Positions 38,149 to 47,248 are shown, counted from the stretch's first letter. The stretch: 64,000 nt of DNA from a bacterium (GCA_021794175.1 JAJYRI010000004.1:667-64666); one strand, 5' to 3'. Notes: generated by a model not told the origin, from the sequence alone. Numbers and translations: made by a program.

Positions 38149-39396
38149 TTGAACGAACTTCTCAACCGAAAGGACGAAACGGTGGCCGATTACGATATTA
38201 CCCTATCGCAGGCACTTCTTCCAGCCCTCCTCAGCGGGCAGGACGGTTTGGCGAAACTCATCCAAGACGCGCTCAACCAGGTTCTGGAGGCCCAGATGGC
38301 CGAGCACCTTGGCGCCGAGCGCTACGAACGCACCGAGGAGCGCGACGGGCGCTACCGCAATGGCTACCGCGAGCGGCAGCTCTTCACCCGCGTTGGGCCG
38401 ATCGCGTTGCGGGTGCCCCAAACGCGCGACGGAAGCTTCTCGCCGGAGATCTTCGAGCGGTATCAACGGAGCGAGCGCGCCTTCGTGCTTGGGCTCATGG
38501 AGATGTACGTCACGGGCACCTCGACGCGTAAAGTCACCAAAATCACCGAGGAGCTCTGCGGTGCATCATTCTCGAAGTCCACGGTGAGCCGCCTCTGCGC
38601 CGGTTTGGACGAATCGGTCGGTGCGTTTCTCAAGCGCGAACTCGAACCGTATTATCCCTTTGTCGTCGTCGATGCGATGTTTACGAAATCGCGCACCGGT
38701 GGGCGCGTTGTGAGCAAAGCGTTGCTCATCGCCAGCGGCGTACGGGCCGATGGATACCGCGAGCCCATTGGCTTTGCCGTTGGTGATTCGGAGAGTTTTG
38801 CCACATGGGACGCGCTGTTCAAGAATCTCAAGGATCGCAAGTTGGAACGCACGGATTTCGTTATTTCCGACAACCACAGCGGGCTCAAGAAGGCGGTAGC
38901 GAAACACTTCGTCGGCGCGACCTGGCAACGCTGCCAAGTACACTTGCTGCGCAACGTGAGCGAGCACAGCCCGAAGAAGGAGCGTGAAGCGGTCGTCGCC
39001 GGAGCAAAATTAGTGCTCTATGCCGCCGACCGCGTAGAGGCCGTTCGCCGACGAGACGAGTTCATCGAACGTTTTTCCAAGACCGCTCCAAACGCGACGG
39101 CCTGTCTTGAGGAAGCGTTCGAGGACGCTATTGCGGTGATCGCTCTCCCCGAGAAATACCGACGTCGCCTACGATCGACAAACATGCAAGAACGGCTCAA
39201 CGAAGAGATTCGCCGCCGCGAGCGCGTCATTCGCATATTTCCCAACGACGAAGCGGCCACGCGACTGGTGGGGGCACTCCTCATCGATGTCTACGAAAGC
39301 TGGCAAGAACGGCGCTATCTTGAAATGGCAGACTATCACGAATGGCGAGAACGGTGCGCCCGCGACGCATCGGCCGACAGAAAGAAGGCGACCTAA
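38149..39396 (+). CDS. IS256-family (mutator-type) transposase
   Basis: LNQVLEAQMAEHLGAERYERTEERDGRYRNGYRERQLFTRVGPIALRVPQTRDGSFSPEIFERYQRSE..., then VVDAMF... and QRCQVHLLRN. TTG start. Confidence 0.9.
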   Translation: MNELLNRKDETVADYDITLSQALLPALLSGQDGLAKLIQDALNQVLEAQMAEHLGAERYERTEERDGRYRNGYRERQLFTRVGPIALRVPQTRDGSFSPEIFERYQRSERAFVLGLMEMYVTGTSTRKVTKITEELCGASFSKSTVSRLCAGLDESVGAFLKRELEPYYPFVVVDAMFTKSRTGGRVVSKALLIASGVRADGYREPIGFAVGDSESFATWDALFKNLKDRKLERTDFVISDNHSGLKKAVAKHFVGATWQRCQVHLLRNVSEHSPKKEREAVVAGAKLVLYAADRVEAVRRRDEFIERFSKTAPNATACLEEAFEDAIAVIALPEKYRRRLRSTNMQERLNEEIRRRERVIRIFPNDEAATRLVGALLIDVYESWQERRYLEMADYHEWRERCARDASADRKKAT

Positions 39397-39416
39397 CCTA
39401 CGCTGCGTCCGAACCG

Positions 39417-39443
39417 AATTTACAGCAACTTTGGGACTTGACT
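39417..39443. repeat. IS right terminal inverted repeat
   Basis: See the left repeat. The last 6 bp are TTGACT. Confidence 0.75.
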
Positions 39444-39452
39444 TTGCTTGCT
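39444..39452. repeat. right 9-bp target-site duplication TTGCTTGCT
   Basis: Matches 38071-38079 exactly. Confidence 0.8.
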
Positions 39453-39474
39453 CATCGGCGCATACTGAGGCTAT

Positions 39475-40272
39475 ATGGGACTCTTAGACGGAAAAATTGC
39501 ATTGATCACCGGTGTCGCTAATCGTTGGTCGATCGCAACCGGCATCGCACGGGAATTTCACTCGCACGGAGCGCGTTTGTGTTTCATTTATCAGGGGGAG
39601 CGCGTTCGCGAAGAGGTAGAAAAACTTGCCGCCGAACTCGGGGGGGCGCAGTGCTATCCGTGTGATGTCACTTCCGACGAAGCGCTCGCCGATTTAGCTA
39701 CCGCAGTAAAGCGAGACTACGGCCGCCTCGATGTGCTGGTTCATTCGATCGCCTATACAAATAAAGAAGATTTGAAAGGCAAGGTATACACGACATCGCG
39801 CGATGGCTTTGCGCTCGCGCTCGACATCTCGTCCTACTCGTTGATCGCACTTTCAAATGCCTTCGTCGATCTTTTTGGTGACGGCGCCAGCATCATCGCT
39901 TTGACGTATCTGGGCTCGACGGCAATCGTGCCGAACTACAATTTGGCCGGCATCGCGAAGGCGGCCCTCGAAGCGATCGTGCGCTACCTGGCGTACGATC
40001 TTGGTCCGCGCGGCATCCGCGTCAACGCGATTTCCGCCGGGCCGATTTCAACTGCCAGCTCGCGACAGGTGCATGGGCTTCGCTACATTCTCGATGCGGT
40101 AGCTGCCGAATCGCCCCTGCGTCGCAATGTGACTCCGGAAGATGTCGGCAAGACTGCCGCCTACCTCGCCTCGGATCTTTCGTGTGCGGTAACGGCGGAG
40201 GTGCATTTTGTCGATTCGGGCTTCCATGCCATGGGGATCTTTACGAACGGGCGCACACCCGAATCGCAATAA
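39475..40272 (+). CDS. fabI: enoyl-[acyl-carrier-protein] reductase (NADH) FabI
   Basis: MGLLDGKIALITGVANRWSIATGIA..., SIAY, YNLAGIAKAALEA (the Y-x6-K motif), RVNAISAGPI. Confidence 0.9.
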   Translation: MGLLDGKIALITGVANRWSIATGIAREFHSHGARLCFIYQGERVREEVEKLAAELGGAQCYPCDVTSDEALADLATAVKRDYGRLDVLVHSIAYTNKEDLKGKVYTTSRDGFALALDISSYSLIALSNAFVDLFGDGASIIALTYLGSTAIVPNYNLAGIAKAALEAIVRYLAYDLGPRGIRVNAISAGPISTASSRQVHGLRYILDAVAAESPLRRNVTPEDVGKTAAYLASDLSCAVTAEVHFVDSGFHAMGIFTNGRTPESQ

Positions 40273-40333
40273 GACCTGTCGCCGGTTCGCCGGCAACCGA
40301 AAGGTGAGCCGTTCGGTCTCGTCGCTTGCGAGC

Positions 40334-40366
40334 GGCCGTTCGATGCGCGAATCGGATCGAACGGCC
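40334..40366. terminator. stem-loop between the convergent fabI and cytochrome c genes
   Basis: Perfect 11-bp stem ggccgttcgat (40334-40344) pairing with atcgaacggcc (40356-40366) and an 11-nt loop. No clean U-tract. Confidence 0.4.
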
Positions 40367-40401
40367 CGGGCAGGCGGCTCGTTTTCCCGAGTGATCCCGC
40401 G

Positions 40402-41064
40402 CTATTTTAACGACTGCACATAGGTCGCGATATCGAGAACGTCTTTTGCGCTGAGCGTTCCGGGATAGAGGTTCGGCATCGGGAGTGCCGGATGTTCGAT
40501 CCACGACACGGTCTGAGCCAGGTTTTTACGAGAGTCTTCGTTTTGTAGCGAGGGACCCATGCCGCCTTGTGCGTCGGCTCCGTGGCAGTTCGCACAATGT
40601 TGCTCGTAGAGTTGCCGTCCGTTGGCGATATTACCGACGACGGCAACCACCGCCGGCGTCGGAGGCGCGGTCGGCGCTACCGTGCTTCTTGGCGCGGCGG
40701 TTTTCGTCGTGAGGCTTGCGGCGGTTGCCTTCGTCGCTGGGCTCGCGAGAACGACCAACACCTTTTGTTGAGGTTGTTTCGACGAAGTCTTTGCCGAGGG
40801 CGATGAAGCTTTGACCGCGGGCGTCAAAGTTTGCGGCGAGCTCTTGGGATTCGCGCCCGAGGTTCGCATGGTTGGGCTCGGCGGACTTTTTGCTTTATTG
40901 CTCTGCGGAGCTGCCGTCGCCGTACGAGCGATCGGTGCACTCGTATTTTTAGATACCGGTGCGGAAGTCGTTCCGGTTGCCGCCGATGTCGCGGTCGTCG
41001 CCGTTTTCGAACAGCTGCTTAAGAGGAGAAGAGCGAAGAGCGCCACTGCGGTTGCTCGCATCAT
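40402..41064 (-). CDS. lipoprotein c-type cytochrome with a long low-complexity tether
   Basis: Lipobox LLLLSSC. About 120 aa of S/T/A/P/K-rich linker. C-terminal class I cytochrome c domain with CANCHG and a distal PMP Met. Confidence 0.75.
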   Translation of the reverse strand: MMRATAVALFALLLLSSCSKTATTATSAATGTTSAPVSKNTSAPIARTATAAPQSNKAKSPPSPTMRTSGANPKSSPQTLTPAVKASSPSAKTSSKQPQQKVLVVLASPATKATAASLTTKTAAPRSTVAPTAPPTPAVVAVVGNIANGRQLYEQHCANCHGADAQGGMGPSLQNEDSRKNLAQTVSWIEHPALPMPNLYPGTLSAKDVLDIATYVQSLK

Positions 41065-41130
41065 TCGTCGCGTACCTCAACTTTCTTGATAGACGCGCCT
41101 TTCGGCGTCCGCTTATTCGCTCCCGTTAAA

Positions 41131-42210
41131 CTACGCCACGATCGCGTCGCGAATCGTGGCGGCTCCAAGCACCTCGTCGCCCTCGGGAGCGAAGAGTGCG
41201 ACGAGTTGTCCCGGCGCGATTGCGCGTTGCGGTTCTTCGAATGAGAGCGAGAGCGAGCCGTCGAGCTCGAATCTCGCGTGCGCGCGCGCGGGTTTGCTGC
41301 GATAGCGAATCATTGCATCGACGTCGCGTCCTTCAGTAAAGCCTTCGTTGCGAATAAGGTTAACCTCATCCGCGCGTAAGCCGTCCGCAAGTAGATCCTC
41401 TCCTCGCCCGACAACGACAGCGTTGCTCGCGGCATCGAGCCGAATAACGTATTTCGGTTCGGAGGAGCCTCCGAGCGGAGCGCGCTGACCGACGGTAAAA
41501 TTTGCGACGCCATCGTGCATGCCGAGAACTGCGCCGTCGGTGCCGACGAGTTCGCCCGCTCGCTGCAATTCGGGTCGAACGCGTGCGAGTACATCGCGGT
41601 AATCGCCGCCTTCGACGAAACAAATATCCTGCGACTCGGCTTTATTATGAATCGGCAATCCGAATCGACGTGCGTGCTCCCGCGTTTGCGCCTTATCGAG
41701 TCGGCCGAGCGGAAGCAACAAATGGTCGAGTTGTTCGCGCGTAAGCTGTGCCAGCGCGTACGCCTGATCTTTTGCCGACGGGTTTCGATAGAGGTGGGGA
41801 CCGTCATCGCAATGCTCGATTCGTGCATAATGTCCGGTCGCTACGTAACGAGCGTCCATGCGATCGGCATAATTGCGCAACGTTCCGAGTTTAACATGAT
41901 TGTTGCAGCTGACGCATGGGTTGGGGGTGCGCCCGCTTGCGTACTCGTCGACGAATCGCTCGATGACGCTTCGGCGAAACGCCTCCTCGAAATCGAGCAC
42001 GTAGTGCGGAAGCCCGAGAATCGCGGCACTGCGCCTAGCATCGTCGAAATCGTCGATGCCGCAGCAGCTCTTGGCGTGCGCGGGCCGCGTCGGCTCGTAC
42101 ATCCGCATCGTCACCCCGATGACTTCGTAGCCCTCTTCGGCCAACAGGGCGGCCGCGACGGCCGAATCCACCCCGCCGCTCATCGCGGCAATCACACGCA
42201 TCTTTGCCAT
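41131..42210 (-). CDS. mnmA: tRNA 2-thiouridine(34) synthase MnmA
   Basis: PP-loop [35 protein letters not shown]. Start at ATG 42210; the alternative is ATG 42201. Confidence 0.9.
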   Translation of the reverse strand: MAKMRVIAAMSGGVDSAVAAALLAEEGYEVIGVTMRMYEPTRPAHAKSCCGIDDFDDARRSAAILGLPHYVLDFEEAFRRSVIERFVDEYASGRTPNPCVSCNNHVKLGTLRNYADRMDARYVATGHYARIEHCDDGPHLYRNPSAKDQAYALAQLTREQLDHLLLPLGRLDKAQTREHARRFGLPIHNKAESQDICFVEGGDYRDVLARVRPELQRAGELVGTDGAVLGMHDGVANFTVGQRAPLGGSSEPKYVIRLDAASNAVVVGRGEDLLADGLRADEVNLIRNEGFTEGRDVDAMIRYRSKPARAHARFELDGSLSLSFEEPQRAIAPGQLVALFAPEGDEVLGAATIRDAIVA

Positions 42211-42257
42211 AGCTTGATACGAGGATAACGGGTTGACAAGGCTAACCACAAGCGCTA

Positions 42258-43127
42258 ATGGCGGCGCTTGGAGAACGATTTCGGGTTGCACGTGAGGCCC
42301 GGGGCCTCACGTTGCCGGAGGTTTCCGAGCAGACACGCATCCGCTCGGTCTATCTCGCGGCGATCGAAGAGGAGCAGTGGGACCGGATCGGAGCGGCGGT
42401 CTACGTCCGCGGCTTTATCCGCACCTACGGGAATTTTCTCAAACTCGATGTCGAACAGGCCCTTCGAGAGTACGCCGGCAGCCCTGCCGTTTGGAACTCC
42501 CCCGAGGCGAGCGAAGAGCGTGAGGCCGCCGAGAGTGCCTCCGCGAGCGCAGCCGGAAAGCGCTCGCTCGCTCCCTGGCTTTGGGTCGCCGGCGTGCTTG
42601 CCGTTGTCCTCGTTGCGTACCTCACCTACTCCGTGGTGAACTCCGGGCAAACGGAGAGCACCGTGGCGCTCGCGAGCCCGGTTGCGAGCCCGAGCCCCGG
42701 CACGAGCCCGAGCCCCGGCACGAGCCCGAGCCCCGGCACGAGCCCGAGCCCCGGCACGAGCCCAAGCCCCGGCACGAGCCCGAGCCCCGGCACGAGTCCG
42801 AGCCCCGGCACGAGTCCGAGCCCCGGTACGAGCCCGAGCCCCGGTACGAGCCCGAGCCCCGGCACGAGTCCGAGCCCCGGCACAGTAGTTCCCGGGCCGG
42901 GAACGCTGCTGATTTCCCTATCGGGGACATCGTGGTTGCGGGTTACCGTTGACGGGAATGTTAGCATGGTGGGGACGTTTCCCGCCGGTACGCAGCGTGC
43001 GTTCCGAGGGAAACACGTCACCGTGCGCGTCGGAAACGCGGCTGCCGTCACGTTGAACGCCGACGGTAAGAGCGTCGGGCCCTTAGGCGGCGCCGGCGTT
43101 GTCGTGGAACGGACTTTTACGCTGTAA
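42258..43127 (+). CDS. rodZ: RodZ-like cytoskeleton protein (HTH - TM - repeat linker - DUF4115)
   Basis: [56 protein letters not shown]. (SPSPGT)x11. C-terminal WLRVTVDG... Confidence 0.75.
   Translation: MAALGERFRVAREARGLTLPEVSEQTRIRSVYLAAIEEEQWDRIGAAVYVRGFIRTYGNFLKLDVEQALREYAGSPAVWNSPEASEEREAAESASASAAGKRSLAPWLWVAGVLAVVLVAYLTYSVVNSGQTESTVALASPVASPSPGTSPSPGTSPSPGTSPSPGTSPSPGTSPSPGTSPSPGTSPSPGTSPSPGTSPSPGTSPSPGTVVPGPGTLLISLSGTSWLRVTVDGNVSMVGTFPAGTQRAFRGKHVTVRVGNAAAVTLNADGKSVGPLGGAGVVVERTFTL
42687..42884. repeat. 18-bp tandem repeat x11 (agcccgagccccggcacg) encoding SPSPGT
   Basis: Counted unit by unit. Only a few synonymous third-position differences between copies. Confidence 0.9.
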
Positions 43128-43618
43128 TGCCGAGCGAAGCTTCATTCGATATCGTCTCGAAAATCGACCGTCAGGAACTCGATAACGCGCTCAACCAGAC
43201 GCGAAAAGAGATCGAAACGCGGTTCGATTTCCGCAATAGTAAAACCAGCGTGGAATCCGACGACAAGAGTATCACTATTCTTGCCGACGACGAGTTGAAG
43301 ATGCGCAACGTCATCGACATGTTGCAAGCGAAGGCGACGAAGCGCGGTATCGATATTAAAGCTTTCGAGATCGGCACCAACGAACCGGCGGCTAATTCGA
43401 TGGTGCGCTGTAAAATCGTTCTACAGAACGGTATTCCCAAGGACAAGAGTAAAGAATTGATGGAACGCATCAAGGCGCTCAAGTTAAAAGTCAGCGCGCA
43501 ATATCAAGACGAGCAAATTCGCGTCACCGGAAAAAATCGCGACGATCTTCAAGCGGTGATCGCTTCGCTAAAATCTTCGAATTTCGAGCTGCCCCTGCAG
43601 TTCGTGAATTACCGCTAG
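43127..43618 (+). CDS. yajQ: YajQ-family (UPF0234) nucleotide / c-di-GMP-binding protein
   Basis: [36 protein letters not shown] is the typical YajQ N-terminus. 163 aa. Confidence 0.85.
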   Translation: MPSEASFDIVSKIDRQELDNALNQTRKEIETRFDFRNSKTSVESDDKSITILADDELKMRNVIDMLQAKATKRGIDIKAFEIGTNEPAANSMVRCKIVLQNGIPKDKSKELMERIKALKLKVSAQYQDEQIRVTGKNRDDLQAVIASLKSSNFELPLQFVNYR

Positions 43619-43629
43619 GAGCCGTCGCG

Positions 43630-45000
43630 ATGCCGTCCGTCTCTTTCGTGAGTTTGGGGTGCGCGAAAAACCTCGTCGACACCGAGGTGATGATCGCTAA
43701 ACTCGGGGCCGCAGGCTGGCAATTAGAGAGCGATGCCGATGCCGCCGATACCGTCGTCATTAATACCTGCGCATTCATCGACCCGGCGAAGGCCGAATCG
43801 ACCGAAGTGATTCTGGAACGGGCGCAACGTAAACGCGCCGGTCAGCAACTGGTGGTAGCCGGGTGCCTCGCTCAACGCTACGGCGAACAATTGCAATCGC
43901 TTATCCCCGAGATCGACGGCGTGATCGGAACCGGCTCGTATGCCTCGATCGTCGAACTGCTCGACGACGTCCAGGCCGGGAGCAAACCCGTACGCCTAGC
44001 GTTCGATGCCGAGCCGGAGCACGATTTTCTTCCGCGTCTCATTACCACGCCGCAGGCAACCGCTTACTTGAAGATCGCCGAGGGCTGCGATCATCCGTGC
44101 ACGTTCTGCATTATTCCGCAGCTGCGGGGCGGCTTTCGTAGCCGCAGCGAGGAGTCGATTCTCGCCGAGGCGCGGGCGCTGGCCGCTGCGGGGACGCGCG
44201 AGCTTATTTTGATCGCGCAAGACACTTCCATGTGGGGACGCGACCGCGGCCATCGTCGTGGAGGGCTCGCCGCGCTGCTCGAGCGCTTACATGAAATCGA
44301 CGGCCTCGAATGGATCCGTCTGCTCTATCTCTATCCGGCGACCGTCGATAGCGAACTGATCGACGCGATGGCGCGTTTGCCAAAGGTGTGCAAGTACATG
44401 GACATGCCGCTCCAGCACGCCCATCCCGAGGTGCTGCGAGCGATGCTCCGCCCCGGCAACGGCGAACGCTACCTTGAGATTATCGAATCGTTTCGCGAAC
44501 GCGTCCCGGGGATGACGATGCGCTCGACGTTCATCGTCGGGTTTCCGGGCGAGCGGGAAGAACACGTGGCGTACTTGGAAGAGTGGATCGCTCGCGCGGG
44601 GCTCGACCGCGTCGGCTTCTTCGAATACAGTTCGGAGGAGGGAACGCCGGCATCCGAGTTGGGTTCGCGGGTTCCGGTGCGCGAACGCCGGAAGCGCTTG
44701 CTGCGATTGCGCGACGCGCAACGCGTTGCTTCGGAAAAAGCGCGGCTGGCTCGCGTCGGGTCGGTCGAGCGCGTGTTGATCGAAGAACGACGGACCCTCC
44801 GTCGCGGTGACCCCTTGCGCGCTCATCTGCCGGCAACGGTCTGGTGCGGACGTTCGCAGGGTGAGGCACCCGGCGTCGACGGCGGCGTCTTCGTCGCCGG
44901 CGATCTCACGCCGGGAACGTTCGTCGATCTCGAACTGACTGCAGCGACCGCTTTTGATTTTGCCGCCCGCGTCACAACGAGAATCCCCGCATATGTCTGA
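43630..45000 (+). CDS. rimO: ribosomal protein S12 methylthiotransferase RimO
   Basis: VSFVSLGCAKNLVDTE. Radical-SAM motif CDHPCTFC. C-terminal TRAM domain. Confidence 0.9.
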   Translation: MPSVSFVSLGCAKNLVDTEVMIAKLGAAGWQLESDADAADTVVINTCAFIDPAKAESTEVILERAQRKRAGQQLVVAGCLAQRYGEQLQSLIPEIDGVIGTGSYASIVELLDDVQAGSKPVRLAFDAEPEHDFLPRLITTPQATAYLKIAEGCDHPCTFCIIPQLRGGFRSRSEESILAEARALAAAGTRELILIAQDTSMWGRDRGHRRGGLAALLERLHEIDGLEWIRLLYLYPATVDSELIDAMARLPKVCKYMDMPLQHAHPEVLRAMLRPGNGERYLEIIESFRERVPGMTMRSTFIVGFPGEREEHVAYLEEWIARAGLDRVGFFEYSSEEGTPASELGSRVPVRERRKRLLRLRDAQRVASEKARLARVGSVERVLIEERRTLRRGDPLRAHLPATVWCGRSQGEAPGVDGGVFVAGDLTPGTFVDLELTAATAFDFAARVTTRIPAYV

Positions 45001-46396
45001 CGATTTCACCCCGCGCCCGCGGCGTAGCGTTCCGCAGTCCTCCGAGCCTCCCACCGTACCGCCGAAGCGCCCTTCGCGGCTCGCTCGGCGCGTCGGCGTG
45101 GTCGCCGGTTTGGCGGTACTGTTGTTGGTTTCAACGGTGCTTGGCTTCGCGATCTTCAAGCATGAGACGCCGCTGCAGATCATCGGAGACGCGCTAATCC
45201 CCTCACCGCAGCAGGTCTTCGGTCGCTCGCAATTGCGCGTGCTCGTCGTCGGCCTCGATTACGATTACACCGACAACGATCAACCCTTCTCGGCACAGTC
45301 CCGTAGCGACGTCATCTGGGCGGTCAATCTCGATCTCGTCAACAAACGCATTTTCGAACTCTCCGTCCCGCGCGATATGGTCGCCACCATGCCCGACGGC
45401 AGCGAAGCGAAGATCAATCAGGCGCAGGCCGACGGCGGCGTGAAAGAGGCCGAGCAGGTGATTTCGCACTGGCTCGGCATCCCGGGATTCGACCGCTACG
45501 TAATCTTACGCATAAACGCGACGCGCGAATTGATCGACGATATCGGTGGGGTAACCGTCGACGTCGAAAATAGCGATCCGAAAGATAAGAGCCCTATTAA
45601 CTACGACGATAATTGGGGACACCTACACATCCACTTGAAAACGGGCATTCAACACCTCAACGGCGCGCAGGCCGTTGGTTATATGCGCTACCGGCACGAC
45701 TGGTGCGGCGACCCATGCCGCATTCGTCGGCAGCAAGAAGTGCTTCACGCGCTTGCTGCGAAGTTGGAACGCGATAAATTCAACACGCTCTTGCACGCCG
45801 GGCAGCTCGTCAAAACGATGCTCGCCAACGTGCAGACGAATTTTTCGAAAGCCGAGTTGCTCTCGCTCGCCCATTATTACGTCGGGATCAAACCGTCGCA
45901 GATTATCGCGCACCAGGTTCCCTACGTGGCGAACGTCTATCTTCCCGGGTACGGCGATTCGATCGTACCGGACAAGAACGCGCGTCGTCGTTTGGTCGAG
46001 TCGATGCTGATCGCGCCGCCGTCGCCGGCCCCTACCGCCGACCCGGCTGCGCTCGCTGCAATCGTGCCTTCGTCGATTCGCGTCGACGTCGAAAACGGCA
46101 GTGGAATCGACGGAGCTGCAGCGGATCTCGCGCGCATTTTGAAATCGGAGGGCTATCGGATCGGGAAGGTCGGGAATAGCGCGTCGTATCACGATAACAG
46201 CGTCGTGCGCGCTCATTCCGCCATCGCGTTCGCCGGAGATAAGGTGGCCTCGGGCCTGCCCAAAGCGATGCAAAATGCGCTGCTCGTGGATTCGCCGGCG
46301 GCGGGGACGACCAGCGACGTTACGGTCGTGATCGGCCGCGACGACGGACTCGCCGTACACGCGTTGCCGAGCCCCGGCGCCTCCCCGACGCCGTAA
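44993..46396 (+). CDS. LCP (LytR-CpsA-Psr) family protein with a C-terminal LytR_C domain
   Basis: Start ATG 44993 overlaps the rimO stop (ATGTCTGA). TM anchor. RSDVIWAVNLD...SVPRD...GYMRYRH. C-terminal VDVENGSGIDGAAADLA. Confidence 0.8.
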   Translation: MSDDFTPRPRRSVPQSSEPPTVPPKRPSRLARRVGVVAGLAVLLLVSTVLGFAIFKHETPLQIIGDALIPSPQQVFGRSQLRVLVVGLDYDYTDNDQPFSAQSRSDVIWAVNLDLVNKRIFELSVPRDMVATMPDGSEAKINQAQADGGVKEAEQVISHWLGIPGFDRYVILRINATRELIDDIGGVTVDVENSDPKDKSPINYDDNWGHLHIHLKTGIQHLNGAQAVGYMRYRHDWCGDPCRIRRQQEVLHALAAKLERDKFNTLLHAGQLVKTMLANVQTNFSKAELLSLAHYYVGIKPSQIIAHQVPYVANVYLPGYGDSIVPDKNARRRLVESMLIAPPSPAPTADPAALAAIVPSSIRVDVENGSGIDGAAADLARILKSEGYRIGKVGNSASYHDNSVVRAHSAIAFAGDKVASGLPKAMQNALLVDSPAAGTTSDVTVVIGRDDGLAVHALPSPGASPTP

Positions 46397-46405
46397 AGAA
46401 CCGTC

Positions 46406-47242
46406 GTGCGGCAATACGTTCGCATCGCCTTGGCGATGCTCGCAGTTCTTCTCGGCATCGAAGGCGTTCGGTGGTTTTTGCGTGTCTCGAAGCCGCACCC
46501 GACCCTCATCGAACCGACGACCTCGCTCCATCGAGCGATCGGGAAGGGGCCGCTGGTACGCGTCGCGCGCGTCGTCGAAAAACTCCAACCGGCGCCGCGC
46601 AGTAGCGGCGAGCGTTTGATCGCGCTAACCTTTGATGACGGGCCGTACCCGATCTATACGCCGATGTTGCTCGACGAACTCAAGCGCCTCCGCGTACGTG
46701 CGACGTTCTTCCTCATCGGGCGCGATGCGGGGTGGTGGCCGCAGATCGCGCGACGCATCGCCGCCGATGGAAATGAAATCGGCGATCACACGCAGACGCA
46801 TCCTGATCTCGATCGTGAGACGCCGGCGCAGGTACGCCGCGAACTCGTCGAGGGGCGGAACACGCTTTTGCGTATTACCGGCGATCGCTCCGCAGCCGCG
46901 CTTTTCCGGCCCCCGCACGGCCGCTATACGGCTGCGACGCTGCGCGTGGCGCAGTCGCTTGGAATGAAGACGATTTTTTGGAGCGACGATCCGGGAGATT
47001 GGCGCGAGCTTAGCGCGCGAGAGATCGAAGCCCACGTGGCCGCGCACGCAACCGAGCCCGAGATACTCTTGCTCCACAGCGGAAAGCGTACCACCGTGAA
47101 AGCGCTCGAGAAAATCGTACCGGCGTTCCGACGCGCGGGGTATCGTTTTGTGACCGTCGGCGAGATGCTCGCGCTTCTCGGCGCCCGCCGCGTCGAAGCC
47201 GCCCGACGGCTCCCGGTGCGTATCACTTATTCAAAGGAGTAA
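46406..47242 (+). CDS. polysaccharide deacetylase (NodB homology, CE4)
   Basis: LTFDDGP...ATFFLIG...GNEIGDHTQTHPDL...FRPPHG. Confidence 0.85.
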   Translation: MRQYVRIALAMLAVLLGIEGVRWFLRVSKPHPTLIEPTTSLHRAIGKGPLVRVARVVEKLQPAPRSSGERLIALTFDDGPYPIYTPMLLDELKRLRVRATFFLIGRDAGWWPQIARRIAADGNEIGDHTQTHPDLDRETPAQVRRELVEGRNTLLRITGDRSAAALFRPPHGRYTAATLRVAQSLGMKTIFWSDDPGDWRELSAREIEAHVAAHATEPEILLLHSGKRTTVKALEKIVPAFRRAGYRFVTVGEMLALLGARRVEAARRLPVRITYSKE

Positions 47243-47248
47243 CCTTCC

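Larger units (their letters stand above)
38080..39443 (+). mobile_element. IS256-family insertion sequence, 1364 bp, apparently intact
   Basis: Single mutator-type transposase ORF. Imperfect 27-bp terminal inverted repeats that both end in GCTGTAAATT. Flanked by a 9-bp direct repeat. Confidence 0.85.

Noticed and set aside
42581-43051. Regular 18-bp periodicity that could be mistaken for a CRISPR-like array, plus several repeat-derived ORFs (for example GSGSCR and LGLVPG repeats)
   Set aside because: There are no unique spacers between the repeats. The array is head-to-tail, in frame within rodZ, and encodes SPSPGT. The other frames are by-products.
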